In this document: positions 38,141 to 51,865 of the stretch, one piece after another
Layout: the number at the start of each line of letters is the position of its first letter
Numbering within the stretch: the first letter of the stretch is position 1
NCBI RefSeq assembly: GCF_963921235.1
Contig: NC_086097.1
Span: 247,692,001-247,756,000, forward strand
From: Mobula hypostoma
Taxonomy: Eukaryota
Direction: 5' to 3'
DNA: 64,000 nt
Notes under the pieces: model-generated
What the model was told of the DNA's origin: nothing
Seen by the model: the letters and a program-made list of their open reading frames with translations, nothing else
Databases searched by the model: none
Made by a program: the position numbers and the translations under genes

Positions 38141-38959
38141 TAATAATAATTATAACAATTAAAATAATAAGTGTACAAGATGATAAGATGGCTAGGTTGA
38201 TTGGCCAGCCAGAGACATTATCCCAGGGGTAGAAATAGCTAATATGAGAGGACATAATTGGAAGATGATTGAAGGAAGGTATGGGGCGGGGGGACATCTG
38301 AGGTAAGCTTTTTGCACACAGAGAGTGGTGAGTACGTGGAATGCCCTGCCAGGGGTGGTGGTAGAGGCAGATACATGAGGGGCATTTAAGAAACTCTTAA
38401 ACGGGCACATAGATGATAAAATGGAGGGTTATGTGGGAGGGAAGGGTTGGCTTGATTTTAGAGTAGGTTAAAAGGTCGTCACAGTATTGTGGACTGAGAG
38501 ACTGTAGTGCAGTATTTTCTATGTCCTAAAGCTGTGCTGACTATTCCTAACCAGTGCTTCCCTTTGTATTTACAGATAGCTCCTGCCTCTCAGCCTGCCC
38601 TTCAGTAACGTCCCCCACTGACGTGAGGCTCGGTGGTGTGTCACAACCTGGCTTCTCTTTGCGGTTCTACTGAAATGAAAGCACAAGGTTACCCACCCCC
38701 CGCCCCCCCGGTCTTCGGCATGTCTCTCATGGCTAACAACGACACAAATACCTCTGCCAAGACCCTAGCAATCTCTCCCCTGGTCCCACAGTCCTGAGGA
38801 TACACTTGGTCAGGTCCAGGGGATGGATCCACCTTCACGTGCTCTATCACTACCAATAAATCGTCTTTTGTAATGTGGCCATCATCAATATTTTCTTTCC
38901 CGGGCTATCTAGCTTCCAGGACATTCTCTGTAGTAAGTCCAGTTGAGATATTTACAACA

Positions 38960-39705
38960 CAATTGATTCTGCAGACGCTGTAAATCTTGTGCAACACAGC
39001 AGGTCAGGCAGCATCTATGGAGGGGAATAAACGGTCCATGTTTCAAGCTGAGTCCCTTCACCAGGACTGGAAAGGAAAGTGGCAGAATTGTGAGGGAGGA
39101 ATACAAACTGACAGGTGAAGGGTAAAACCAGGTTTGGGGATAGGTCGGTGGGTGAATGGGGAAGGGGGAGAATGAGGGAACAAGCGGAGAGGTGATAGGT
39201 AGAAAAGGCAACGGGCTGAAGAAGAAGGAATCTGATAGGAGAGGAGAGTGGGCCATGGGGGGAAGGGAGAGAGGAGAGGCACAATGGGGAGGTGATGGAC
39301 AATTAATTTGAAGAGAAGGGAGCCAGAATGGGGAATGGAAAAAGAGAAGGGTCGGGGAGAGAAATTACCAGAAGTTAGAAATATCAATGCTTACTCCATC
39401 AGGTTGAAGGCAACCCAGATAGAATAGGAGGTGTTCTCCTCATATAAGGTAAAGTTATGCAAAGAAATAAAATCAAGAGGAAATGGAAAATGGACCTCAA
39501 AGCGGAAAAGGGGGCAGGGAAAGAGGCTGAAATTAAAAAAACAAAAAAAAAGATTTGATTTGTTTTTAAAAACGCAAACACAAGGAAATCTGCAGATGCT
39601 GGAAATTCAAGCAACACACACAAAAGTTGCTAGTGGAACTCAGCAGGCCAGGCAGCATCTCTAGGAAGAGGTACAGTCGACGTTTTGCGCCGAGACCCTT
39701 CGTCT
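38960..39705 (-). mobile_element. Two Penelope 3' ends (38960-39450 and 39570-39705)
   Basis: Terminal motif plus purine-rich UTR and EN C-terminus. Confidence 0.75.
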
Positions 39706-40844
39706 TTATTTTTATTTCTGTTTTTATAACTCAGTTTTAAAATAGAAGCTGAAGGAACATGACTGCATGTTTAAAATTAAATTTCCAGAGAGATAGTTCG
39801 GTAATAATTTAGAATGCTTGAACTGTTTAAACATCAGTTCAGGATCGTTATTGTCATTATTCAGCTCATGAGTGAAAAGGGGAACAAAACGATTCTTACT
39901 CCAGATCCGATGCCGTATAAAAAATAATAAGCATAAAGAACACAATAAAAAACAATAAATATAAATATAAAAGCATCCTATAAAAACAATGAACAAATAA
40001 TTGTTACACACACAGACTGATTGTATGTACATAAAGTGATGCTGGGTGAAGTGTATGTAGTGGTGGTGGGTGGGTTAGAGGGCAGATATTTTGATCAGCC
40101 TGACAGCTTGGTGGATGTAATTATTCTTGTGTCTGTGGTCCTGGCGTGGATGCCAGGTAGTCTCTTCCCTGAAGACAGTCCATGAGCAGGGTGTGTGGGA
40201 TCCTCCAGAACCAAAATCTACATCAGGTTTAATATCACTGTCATTTGCCGTGAAATTTGTTGACTTTGCAGCAGCAGTCTCCTCCCATCCGGTAGGCACT
40301 ACAGGGGCCTCCGCTCCCGCACCGGCAGGCTCAGGAAGAGCTTCTTCCCTGAGGCTGTGACACTGCTGAACCTCTCATCACAGCGCTGAGCAGTATTGCA
40401 TCTGTATTGTACTGTCTCAGTACTTTTATATTTGTGTGCTGTAGCACTTTTTTTATTCACAGTGACTTTGTCAATAACACTATTCTTTGCATTTCTGGTC
40501 AGATGCTAAATGCATTTCATTGGCTTTGTATCTGTACTCGGCACAATGACAATAAAGTTGAATCTAATCTAATACAGACAAAAAATGTGAAATACATTAA
40601 GTATTTACATTAAATTGTTGAATTAAATAAGTAGAGCAAAAATACATATGAAAAATTGCAGTGAGGTGGTGTTCATGGGTTCAATGTCCATTCAGAAATC
40701 GGATGGCAGAGGGGAAGAAGCTGTTCCTGCATCACCCAGTGTGTGTCTTCAGGCTCCTGTACCTTCTCCCTGGTGGTAGCAGTGAGAAGAGGGTAAGTCC
40801 TGAGTGGTGGGGGTCCTTAATGATGGATGCTCTCTTTTTCAGTC

Positions 40845-43800
40845 ATCCCTTTCCTGGATGTCCGAAAGAGACCTAACCTTACAACGGGCACTGACCACTG
40901 CAATATCCTTAGAGATGACAGCAAAGGTTGCGGCAGAACTACAGAAAGGGTTAGCATGAGAAATGCACAAAATGCCCCTGAATGGTGCAAAAAAAAAATG
41001 TTATTGATGTGGCAAATCCTCCCATAATGAAAATGACTGTTGGTTCAAAGAAAAGGTCTGCAGAAAGTGCAGAAAGGGTGCAGAGGAGATTTACAAGGAT
41101 GTTGCCTGGATTGGGGAGCAAGCCCTATGAAAACAGGTTGTGTGAACTCGGCCTTTTCTCTTTGGAGCGACAGAGAATGAGAGATGACCTGATAGAGGTG
41201 CATAAGATGATGAGAGGCATTGATCGTGTGGATAGTCAGAGGCTTTTTCCCAGGGCTGAAATGGCTGCCACAAGAGGGCACAGGTTTAAGGTGCTTGGGA
41301 GTAGGTACAGAGGAGATTTCAGGGGTACGTTTTTATGCAGAGAGTGATGACTGCGTGGAATGGGCTGCCAGCAACGGTGGTGGAAGCAGATACAACAGGA
41401 TCTTTTAAGAGACTTTTGGATAGGTACATGGAGCTTAGAAAAATAGAGGGCTATGGGTATCCCTAGTAATTTCTAAGGTAGGGACATGTTTGGCACAACT
41501 TTGTGGGCCAAAGGGCCTGTATTGTGCCGATGTTTTCTATGTTTCTATGTTTCTAAAGGGTCACAGACAAGGCCACATAAACAGAAAGTGGAAGGCAGAC
41601 AAAAAGCACAAACGAGTGCAAAGTCCCAAAGACGAAACTAAGCAAATGCATAACGTTAGCGAATGTAAAACTGGATCAGACAACACAGAGTCTGACAAAG
41701 TGAGCTGTCATGCCTAGAACTGCAAAGTATAACTGAAGCAGATCACAAAATCATATGGATCACAATAGATGTGTTTGGGGTAAAACTGAAAATGGAGCTG
41801 GATACAGGGTCAGCTTTGTCCTAATACCAGAGGCTGACTGCAACAGACTGTTTTTTAAGATACCATTAGAGAAGTCTACAATGGTGCTAAAGACTTACAC
41901 AGGCAAAAAAGTGTCCCCCAAAGCCAAACTGAAATGTGATACTTGGAGGTCAAGCACAACAGTTACAGCTTTACATATTGAAAATTGGAGGGCCAACACT
42001 TTTCGGACATGAATGGTTGAGGAAAATCCAACCAGACTGGCACTCGATCAAAACTCTCAGTGTAACATCAACAGGTAACGGTAGCACTAATCAGAGACCA
42101 GCACGGCTGCTTAATGCTAATGATAAAGTGTTTGAGAAGGGGATTGGTAAACTCAAAGGCATGGACACCAGAAATGAACTGGATGAAACAGCAACACCGA
42201 GATTCCATAAAGTGAGTCCAGTCCCTAACGTACTATGTACTAAAGTAGATGCTGAACTGCAGAGCTCGGAGGCATCGAGAAGTCTCTCCAAGGTTGAGTG
42301 CAGCAATTAAGCCACCCCATTGTCCTGGTGATTGAGAAAGGGAAGGCTGGAGCCGTTTGCATATGTGGGGATTTCAAGGTGAGCATCAACCCAGTGCTGC
42401 ATACTGTGCAGTGTCCCTGCCACAAATAGACATCCCAGGAACACAATGTTAACTTGATGATATCACTGTGACTGGCAAAAATGATGAAGAGCACCTACAG
42501 AACCTTGGGAAAGTGCTTACCAGGCTGAGTGAGTATGGTCTGCACACAAAGAGAGAGGAATGTGAGTTTTTTAAGAATGAGATCTCATATAGTGGACATG
42601 TCATTGACAAGCGTGGCTTACATAAGTCACAAGAGAAGACTGTAGCAGTGCTACCGGCACCCAAACCGGAAAATGTCTCACAACTCAGGTCATACTTGGG
42701 CCTTGTAAGCTGCTACCACCAGTTTCTCCCAAACATTGCCCCAGTGCTGCACCCACTGAATGCACAGTTACAGGCAGGAGCAAAGTGAGAATGGTCAGAA
42801 AGATGTGAAAGAGCATTCAACGAAACAAAGAGACTAATAACATCTGATGAACTCCTCACCCACTATGACCCATCCCTGCCCGTCAGACTGGTGTGCGATG
42901 TGTCCCCTTATGGAATTGGAGACATTTTGTCACAAATTATGAAAGTTGAATCAGAAAGTCTGATTGCGTTTGCTTCAAGATCACTGACGAGCGCAGAATG
43001 CAACTACACACAGATTGGCTGAGAGGCCCTGAGTCTAGTATGGGGAATAAAGAAGTTCCACCATTACCTTTACAGATTAAAGTTTATGCTGGTGACAGAT
43101 CACCAGCTCCTTGTGCCCATTTTCCATCCCAGGAAGGGAATTCCAGTGACGACTGCTACCCGGATACAATGTTGGGCGTTGTTCCTAGGAGCCCACTCTT
43201 ATGACATAGAGTTCCAGGGTATCAAACAACACAGCAATGTCAATGGCTTATCACATCTTTCACTATTGGCAACTGAAAAGGAAAAGTCTTCATTCTGTGA
43301 CCCAGCAGAACTGTTCCACACCGCATTGGTGAACCAGTTGCAGGTAACAAATTTCAAAATACATAGGGAAACAAGGAATGACCCAACATTGTCAAAAACC
43401 ACCACGCAAGGATGGCCAGCTCATGGTAACCCTATGTTTCCAGAGTTCTCAGCAAGACAAGACCAACTGTTGGTTGTGTGGATCTTGTGTTGTGGTTTCC
43501 TCTAAACTGCGCACCAGTCTGTTGGAAAATCTGTATGAAGGACACCTGGTTACAGTCAAGATGAATAGTCTCACCTGGAGCTATATGTGGTGGCTGGGAA
43601 TAGATAAGCAGATTGAAGACTTGGCCAAAAGAAGTTTGGGATGCCAAAATGTTCAAAATGCATCCCCACAGGCACTGTTACACCCATGGGAGTAACTGTC
43701 GTCACTATGGCAATGAGTACATATTGACTTTGCTGGGTCATTCATGGACTCCATGTTTCTGATTGCTGTGGATGCTCATTCCAAGTGGCTGGAGGTTATG

Positions 43801-44770
43801 CCAATGAAGTCAACCACATCAGCAAAGACTGTCTCCACCCTGAGGACTATCTTCACCAGAAATGGCTTACCAGAACAAATTGTGACTGACAACAGACCAC
43901 AATACACGTCAGAAGAATTCAGACTGTTCATGAAGAAAAATGGCATCAGATATTTTAAGTCAGCTCCTCACCACCCAGCAATGAATGGGTTAGCTGAATG
44001 GTTATCTAAACCTTCAAGAAGTCCATTAAAGTGATTGTCAAAGACATTTCTCTACAACACAAGGTGGATGACTTCCTTTTAGTGTATTGGAACTCCATTC
44101 ATGTGACAACAAATCAAACACCTGCAATGCTGTCCATGAACAGGAATCTGAGATCTCCCATACACCTCCTGAAACCAGACCTCTGGAGGGACGTGCAGAA
44201 TAAACAGCTCAGTCAGTTGCCAAGTGAAGCCACAAGGAGCTTTGAGGTTGGACAGGAAATCGTAGCGCAAGAACTGAACCATTGATGTACACAGTGGACA
44301 TTGGCGATCAGACATGGAGAGGTCATATGGACCAGATACTGGATATTCACCAAAGAACACACCTAACTCAAGTGCATTCAACAAGATGGACACGTTACCG
44401 ACACCGGACTTACCTCTCAGTGATGATGTCACTGACAGCAACGTGACACGGGAAACCGAGAACGTAGTCGTCGACAAGACACATACCAAGCCCAAAGCCA
44501 CTCCGTGGGTCCAGAGGCACAACGAGAATGTTATCGTTGACAAGACCCCTGCTAAACCTGATGCCACTCCACAGGACCTGACGTGCTATTCTGAAAGAAA
44601 CGGAGCACTACCCAAAATACTCAATCTTTAGAACTGTGAAGTTAGATATGGACTGCTATTGTGAAAGCATGTTTACTTGGAATATGGGTTTATGAAGGGG
44701 AAATTGAATGTTTTGTAGATATACAATTTTATGTTGCATTAAATTAAAGGGGGGGGAAGTGTACTGTAAG
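40845..44770 (+). mobile_element. Decayed Ty3/Gypsy LTR retrotransposon (gag knuckle, protease, partly deleted RT, RNase H, integrase, PPT)
   Basis: CRKC..GH, MELDTGS, CGDFKVSINP, LDDITVTG, CDVSPYG, VTDHQ, HIDFAG, VDAHSKW, IVTDN; purine tract about 44746-44759 followed by TGT. Confidence 0.88.
41080..41554 (+). mobile_element. CR1 3' fragment inserted in Gypsy gag
   Basis: ERVQRRFTRMLPGL; (TATGTTTC)n tail; AAAGGGT on both sides. Confidence 0.85.
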
Positions 44771-44814
44771 GATCTATTTTTTTCAGAGAAATGACCCTCC
44801 CCCCCAAGATAAAA

Positions 44815-46815
44815 TAAGTCAAAGTCAGCATGTGAAGGGAAATCTTGCCTTACAAATCTGTTACAGTTCTTCAAAGAAGCAAAAAGCTGGGTGGACAAAG
44901 GGGAGACAGTGGATGTCATTTATTTGGATTTTCAGAAGGCATTTGATAAGGTGCCACACATGAAGGTGTTTAACAAGATAAAATCCTCTGGCGTTACAGG
45001 AAAGATACTGGCATGGATAAGGGAATGGCTGACAGGCAGGAGGTAGTGAATGGGAGTGAAATGGGCCTTTTCTGGTTGGCTGCCAGGGACTAGTGGTGGT
45101 TCTCAGTGGTCAGTAATGGAACTGCTACTTTTCACATTTGTTTGTCAGTGATTTGATTCATGGAATTGATGGCTTTGTGGCAAAGTTTGCAGATGATACA
45201 AGATAAGTGGAGGGGTAGGTAGTGCTGAGGAAGCAATGCGATTGCAGCAGGACTTGGACAGATTGGAAGAATGGGTAAAAAAGTGGCAGATGGAATACAG
45301 TGTTGGGAAATGTATGACAATGCATTTTGGTAAAAGGAACAATAGTGCAGACTATTACCTAAATGGGGAGAAGGTTCAAACATCAGAGGTGCAGAGTGCC
45401 AGACTCCCAGAAGGTTAATTTACAGGTTGAGTCTGTGGTAAAGAAGGCAATTGCAATGTTGGCATTTATTTCAAGGGGTATAGAACATAAAGCCAAGGAG
45501 ATAATGCTGAGCCTTAATAAAACACCAGTCAGCCCACACTTGGAGTATTGTCAACAGTTTTAGACAATAGGTGCAGGAGTTGGCCATTCGGCCCTTCGAG
45601 CCAGCACCACCATTCACTGTGATCATGGCTGATCATCCACAATCAGTATCGAGTTCCTGCCTTATCCCCATAACCTTTGATTCCACTATCTTTAAGAGCT
45701 CTATCCATCTCTTTCTTGAAAGCATCCAGAGACTTGGCCTCCACAGCCTTCTGGGGCAGAGCATTCCATATATCCACCACTCTCTGGGTGAGGAAGTTTT
45801 TCCTCAACTCCATTCTAAATGGCCTACCCCTTATTCTTAAACTGTGGCCTCTGGTTCTGGACTCACCCATCAGCGGGAACATGCTTCCTGCCTCCAGCGT
45901 GTCCAATCCCTTAATAATCTTATATGTTTCAATAAGATCCCCTGTCAGCCTTCTAAATTCCAGTGTATACAAGCCCAGTCACTCCAATCTTTCAACATAT
46001 GACAGTCCCGCCATCCAGGGAATTAACCCCGTGAACCCACACTGTACTCCCTCAATAGCAAGAATATCCTTCCTCAAATTTGGAGACCAAAACTGCACAC
46101 AGTACTCCAGGTGTGGTCTCACCAGGGCCCTGTACAGCTGCAGAAGGACCTCTTTGCTCCTATATTCAATTCCCCTTGTTATGAAGGCCAGCATGCCATT
46201 AGCTTTCTTCACTGTCTGCTGTACTTGCATGCTTGCTTTCAGTGACTGATGTACAAGAACACCTAGATCCCTTTTCCTAACTTGACTCCATTTAGTCCGT
46301 TTTGGGCTGCATATCTCAGAAAGAGTGTGTTGTCATTGGAGAGAGTCTAGAGGAGGTTCACGAGGATGATTCAGGAAATAATGGGGTTAACATATGAGGA
46401 GCGCTTGGCAGCTTTAGGCCTGTACTCACTGGAATTTAGAAGAATATGTGGGGATCTCTTTGAAAACTACTGAATGGCGAAAGGACTAGATAGGGTGGAT
46501 GTGGAGAGAATGTTTCCTATGGTGGGGGTATCCAGAACTAAAGGGGACAGCCTCAGAATTGAGGATCAACCTTTTAGAACAGAGTTAAGAGGGACTTTTT
46601 TTCAGCCAGAGAGTAGTAAATCTGTGGAATGCTGTGCCACAGACTGCGATGAAGGCGGAATTGATAGTTTTCTGATCGGTCAGGGGATCAAAGAATATGG
46701 CAAGAAGGCAGGAGTGTGAGATTGAGTGGGATCTGGGATCAACCATGATGGAATGGTGAAGCAGACTTGATGGGCTGAGTGGCCTAACTCAGCTCGTGTC
46801 TTATGGTTTAATAGT
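44815..46815 (+). mobile_element. Old CR1 (subfamily C) RT 3' half, split by CR1 A
   Basis: [29 protein letters not shown]; resumes at about 46298. Confidence 0.85.
45562..46295 (-). mobile_element. CR1 subfamily A 3' fragment
   Basis: ORFs 45643-46230. Confidence 0.9.
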
Positions 46816-47444
46816 CTTATCTTTGCACTACAATACACATATGTGCTGTTGATGACATGTGCGTTGTTCCCTCTCTCTCACTGCAAAGTGAATACTCCAG
46901 TTACAGCCATCTCAGACACAACAGAGCTAAGTTTACAAATATCTGCAGCTTATTTTGATCCTGTGCAGTAGCGCTCCCACCCTGCCCCCCCCCCCCATAT
47001 CAGACAGCATGCAGCCAGTTGGAATGTTCTCCACATTACTTCTGTAGAAATTTGTGATTCATGATATTGCTGTCCTTTTTCTGACACCTTTCTATATATA
47101 TAAGTCACTGATGGTGGATAGGTTGGTGCAGGTGATGCATGGGGCAATTTCAGCCCTCCTGCCCACAGCAGTACAGTTTCCATACTACACAGTGATGCAT
47201 CATGTTAGGATGCTCTCAGCTACACATCTGTAGAAGGTGGTGGGAATTTGTGTGCATAGACCAGCTCTCTGTGACCTCCTCAGAAAATAGAGGCATTGAT
47301 GAGTTTTCTTGACTGTGGGGGATATGTTCTGGGACCATGAGAGGCTGTGCGAGATGTGCACTCCCAGGAGTTTGAAACTGCTCACAGTTTCCACTGCTGT
47401 GCCACCAAGAGGGTGGTGGTCAATGCTCCCTTTAATTTGTAATG

Positions 47445-47824
47445 ACCAGAGTGTGCAAAAATCTTCTGCTGCACAACTTTTTGCCCAGCGACAACAACAT
47501 GTGTGCACTGAATTTTGAAGTGGAAGTAAACCACTTGCAAATTCTCCAGCAAATTTTTGCATCATGACAATACATGAATACAACACTAGTTTCTATATTG
47601 TGCGTAAATATTTCTCGAGGCTGCACGTTCCTGACCTCATGAGTTTTCAATGTAGCCGTTTCTACTGTTTCATTAAGCCAGTCCGCTTTAAATGAACTCG
47701 CAGTTCTTTTGCACTTCATGCCCTTTGCTTCTTTAGAATTCGACATAGTGAATCAATAATTTCTTCAATAAAAACAGCATAAATAAGCCAGTTCTAAAAT
47801 ATTCAGACAAATCATCGCAAACTC
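47445..47824 (-). mobile_element. Probable hAT transposase N-terminal (TTF-type zinc finger) remnant; upstream part continues beyond 48594
   Basis: ORF 47432-47746 SFKADWL...MYCHDAK then FASG; split by CR1 with TSD AAACTC. Confidence 0.45.
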
Positions 47825-48593
47825 TTGGTGGTACACTTTGGAAGGACAAACTCCAAGGCAGAGTACAAAGTAAATGGCAGGATACTTGGTTGTGTGGAGG
47901 AGCAGAGGGATCTGGGGGTACATGTCCACAGATCCCTGAAAGTTGCCTCACAGGTGGATAGAGTAGTTAAGAAAGCTTATGGGGTGTTAGCTTTCATAAG
48001 TCAAGGGATAGAGTTAAGAGTCGCGATGTAATGATGCAGCTCTATAAAACTCTGGTTAGGCCACACTTGGAGTATTGTGTCCAGTTCTGGTCACCTCAGT
48101 ATAGGATGGATGTGGAAGCATTGGAAAGGGTACAAAGGAGATTTACCAGGATGCTGCCTGGTTTAGAGAGTATGCATTATGATCAGAGATTAAGGGAGCT
48201 AGGGCTTTACTCTTTGGAGAGAAGGAGGATGAGAGGAGACATGATAGAGGTGTACAAGATAATAAGAGGAATAGATAGAGTGGATAGCCAGCGCCTCTTC
48301 CCCAGGGCACCACTGCTCAATACAAGAGGACATGGCTTTAAGGTAAGGGGTGGGAAGTTCAAGGGGGATATTAGAGGAAGGTTTTTTACTCAGAGAGTGG
48401 TTGGTGCGTGGAATGCACTGCCTGAGTCAGTGGTGGAGGAAGGTACACTAGCAAAGTTCAAGAGACTACTGGGCAGGTATATGGAGAAATTTAAGGTGGG
48501 GGGTTATATGGGAGGCAGGGTTTGAGGGTCGGCACAACATTGTGGACCGAAGGGCCTGTACTGTGCTGTACTATTCTATGTTCTATGTTCTAT
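47825..48593 (+). mobile_element. CR1 subfamily B 3' fragment; TSD AAACTC
   Basis: ORF 48031-48525; AAACTC at 47819-47824 and 48594-48599; (TTCTATG)n tail. Confidence 0.92.
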
Positions 48594-49204
48594 AAACTCC
48601 ACATTGTCCACACTGTCTGCATCAGAAACCGGAAAAGGAAATGTGATTGTGTACAATCGTGAAATGTACTTAACATTCCAACGAGGTAGAGGGTGATAAC
48701 CTTATTTGCGCAGTTTAAGTTCCTTCGTGCGCTAGCAGCAAAAGATGTGTGAGTGTGCACCCCTTGGACACACTAGCTCTGAGTGTATGCGTTTCCCTGA
48801 AGTCGGTAACCATCTCCGATATCTTGTTGACATTGAGAAGAGGTTATTTGCCTGGCAACGATACATTATGTAATGTAATATATTGCACAGAAAAGAAAAT
48901 AACGAGGAAAAAAAATTCATAGTGGGGGGGAAGTAGCAAGGAAAAAAGACAATAAATCATTACTTTGCTTTTTTTAATTTCCAGTGATAAAGTAGAAGCT
49001 GAAGGAACATGATTGCATGTTTAAAATTAATTTTCCATGCCAGGGCGATTATTTTAAAATCACTTAGAATGTTCATACTGCTTAAACATTATTTTATCTG
49101 ACAACTTTCTGATGGTTATGGAGGAGCTGCAATTTCATATTGGTTAATCTGTTATAATAATGGGTTTTCAGCAAGATGTCACTGAAATGATATTATTATA
49201 ACAC

Positions 49205-50289
49205 ATGACTCGGAGGTCACTTTATTAGGTACAGCTTTCTAGTACAGGGTATGACCTCCCTTTCCCCCAGAATTGCCTGAGTTCTTCATGGCATTCATTC
49301 AATGAGGAGCTGGAAACATTTCTTGGAGATTCTGGTCCACGTTGACGTGACAGCAGCACGTAGTGCTGCAGATTGATGCTGCGACTCTCCTGTTCGACCA
49401 CATCCCAAATGTGGTCTATTGGATTGAGATCAGGAGACTGCGGAGGCCATTGAAGTACATTGAACTCATTGCCATGTTGGTGGAGCCAGCTGGAGATGAT
49501 GGGTGCTTTCTAACATGGTACGTTATCGTGTTGGTGGTAGCCATTAGAAGATGGGTAGACTGCGGCCATGAAGGGGTGTATATGGTCAGCAACAATACTC
49601 AGGTAGACTGCGGCCATGAAGGGGTGTATATGGTCAACAACAATAGGCAGGTAGACTGTGGCTGTGGCAGAATGTGATCAGCAATTTCTGAAGTTCTTCA
49701 ACCCCCCTGTCTAGCAGCAACAATCATTTCACCATCAAAGTTGCTTAGATCACATTTCTTCCGCATTCTGACGCTCGGTCAAAACAACTTCTGGACCTCT
49801 TCTTCTTCTTCTTCTTTAATGGTGGTTGGCAGACAAAAATAAGGTGCATTACTGTCAACTATTGAGTTGGAGTGTGGAGCAAAGTAGACAGGAAATATAC
49901 CCACTAAATTCTCCTGTCCAAAAAACTATCTCAAATGATATCGTAAAGTCTCATGGTTTTCAGAAAGTCAAATACCCAGTAATGTACATTACGATGGCAG
50001 TGATACCCTAACAAACTTTCCATGTTAAACTGTGTCTGTCCCAAAGATCTCAATTTAGCAATTAGATGTTTCCTTTGCACCCCATAGGGTGCATTCAAAT
50101 GATATATGCTTCACCATTTCTTACAAGTGCACTCCCTACAAATGTCCCTATCATGCATATTAATAACTGAATCTCTTGACCATGTCTATATGCTTTTATG
50201 CATTGAGTTGCTGCCACATGATTGGCTGATTAGATATTTGCATTAACGAGCAGGTGTACAGGTGTACCTAATAACGTGGCCACTGAGTG
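49205..50289 (-). mobile_element. Decayed Tc1/mariner element with TIR remnants
   Basis: WPPQSPDLNPIDHIWD at about 49390-49450; ends CACTTTATTAGGTACA ... TGTACCTAATAACGTGGCCACTGAGTG-TA. Confidence 0.8.
49800..50165 (-). mobile_element. Nimb/I-group LINE 3' end nested in the Tc1
   Basis: Minus strand has CAGTAATGCACC 3' motif, (AAG)n tail and C-terminal FDFLKTMRLYDII*. Confidence 0.6.
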
Positions 50290-51079
50290 TAGCTTCCAGT
50301 GGAACAAGGCAACCACACAGTAACTACATGGAAGGTGTGTGTACAAAACTCTCTAAAATTGTATGTACCAGCAGATTACGTTAAATACAAAATGAATAAA
50401 GTTCAAGTTCAAGTTTGATTGTCATTCAACCATACATGAAACAGCCAAATAAAACAGTGTTCCTCTGGGACGAAGGTGCAAAACGTATTACCAACAATCA
50501 CACACAGTACAAGGCACACAGTACAAGATAGCAAGCACATATCAGTTATCAGTAAAGGACAGTCACATAAACAATATAGTCCAAGTCCCTGAGTTCATGA
50601 ATGTTGCAGCGGTCTGCAGTTGAACAGGATATAGATTGTCTTCTGCTGAGCGAACACAGGGGGCAGCACCAACTCCAGCTTGGATGCCACACCACACTAC
50701 CTCTGACGCCTCTCTTCTGAGCGGCTGTAAACAGGCGACACCTCGGTTTAAGGCCTAGCCATCACTATGACTAGTCACTGAATTAACAATGGTCTTGCGA
50801 TCACAAGAAAAGTGACTAAGACAATCAGTTGCTGTTAAGAGTGCACACCGACTCCTCTGATACCTCTCCAATGCAAGCAGCAGCACAATCCACAGCAAGT
50901 CCAACTCGTTTAGTTTCTCCATCAATGAGCAACTCGCTGAGGGGTTAGACCTGCAGTACTGAGCAGAGACTGAGGAAGACACTACAAACAGGAGGCATGA
51001 GTTCCAGGGAAAATTGGTTTTGAATACAAAATTGTTTTTCCCAAAGAAGGAGGAAGATGGCAGTAAATGGAGCATATTC

Positions 51080-51865
51080 TGCATAGAGCTGTGGATAGTG
51101 TGGAAGATAGTTGTAAGTTACAAGGGGACATTGAAAGGGCTAAGAAGTGGCAGATGGAGTACAACCCAAAAATATGTGAAGTGATTCACTTTGAAAGGTC
51201 AAATTTTTTTTATAGGCATCCACTCGTCTTGTGAGACCATGGATTTGCACCTTGGAAGGTTTCCAGGGTGCAGGCCTGGGCAAGGTCGTATGGAAGACCG
51301 GCAGTTGCCCATGCTGCAAGTCTCCCATCTCCACACCACCGATGTTGTCCAAGGGAAGGGCATTACGACCCATACCCCTTGGCACCGGTGTCGTCGCAGA
51401 GCAATCTGTGGTTAAGTGCCTTGCTCAAGGACACAACACGCTGCCTCAGCTGAGGCTCGAACTAGCGACCTTCAGATCACTAGACCAACGCCTTAACCAC
51501 TTGGCCACGCGTCAACACAAAGGTCAAATTTAAAGGCAGAAATATGGAGAAACAGAGGGATCCATGTCCAAAGATCTCTCAAAGTAGCCATGAAAGTTGA
51601 TAGGGTTGTTAAGACGGCATATAATGCGTTCGCCTTCATTAGTCGAGGGAATCAAGAGCCACAAGATAATACTGCAGCTTTATGAAACCTTGGTTAAGTT
51701 ACATTTGGAATATTGTGTTCAGTTCTGGTCACCTCATTATTGGAAGGATGTGGAGGCTTTTGAGAGGGTGCGGAAGAGATCTATCAGGATGCTGCCTGGA
51801 TTAGAGAGCATGTCTTGTAAGGATAGATTGAGTGAGCTAGGGATTTCCTCTTTGGATCTTAGAGG
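51080..51865 (+). mobile_element. Old CR1 fragment split by a SINE
   Basis: LQGDIE...WQMEYN, LYETLVKLHLEYCVQFWSP. Confidence 0.8.
51207..51518 (-). mobile_element. Full-length tRNA-headed CORE-like SINE with 13-bp TSD
   Basis: A box TGGCCAAGTGG, B box GTTCGAGCC, GTGTCCTTGAGCAAGGCACTTAACC, A tail; TSD AAAGGTCAAATTT at 51194-51206 and 51519-51531; partial copy 28300-28460. Confidence 0.88.
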
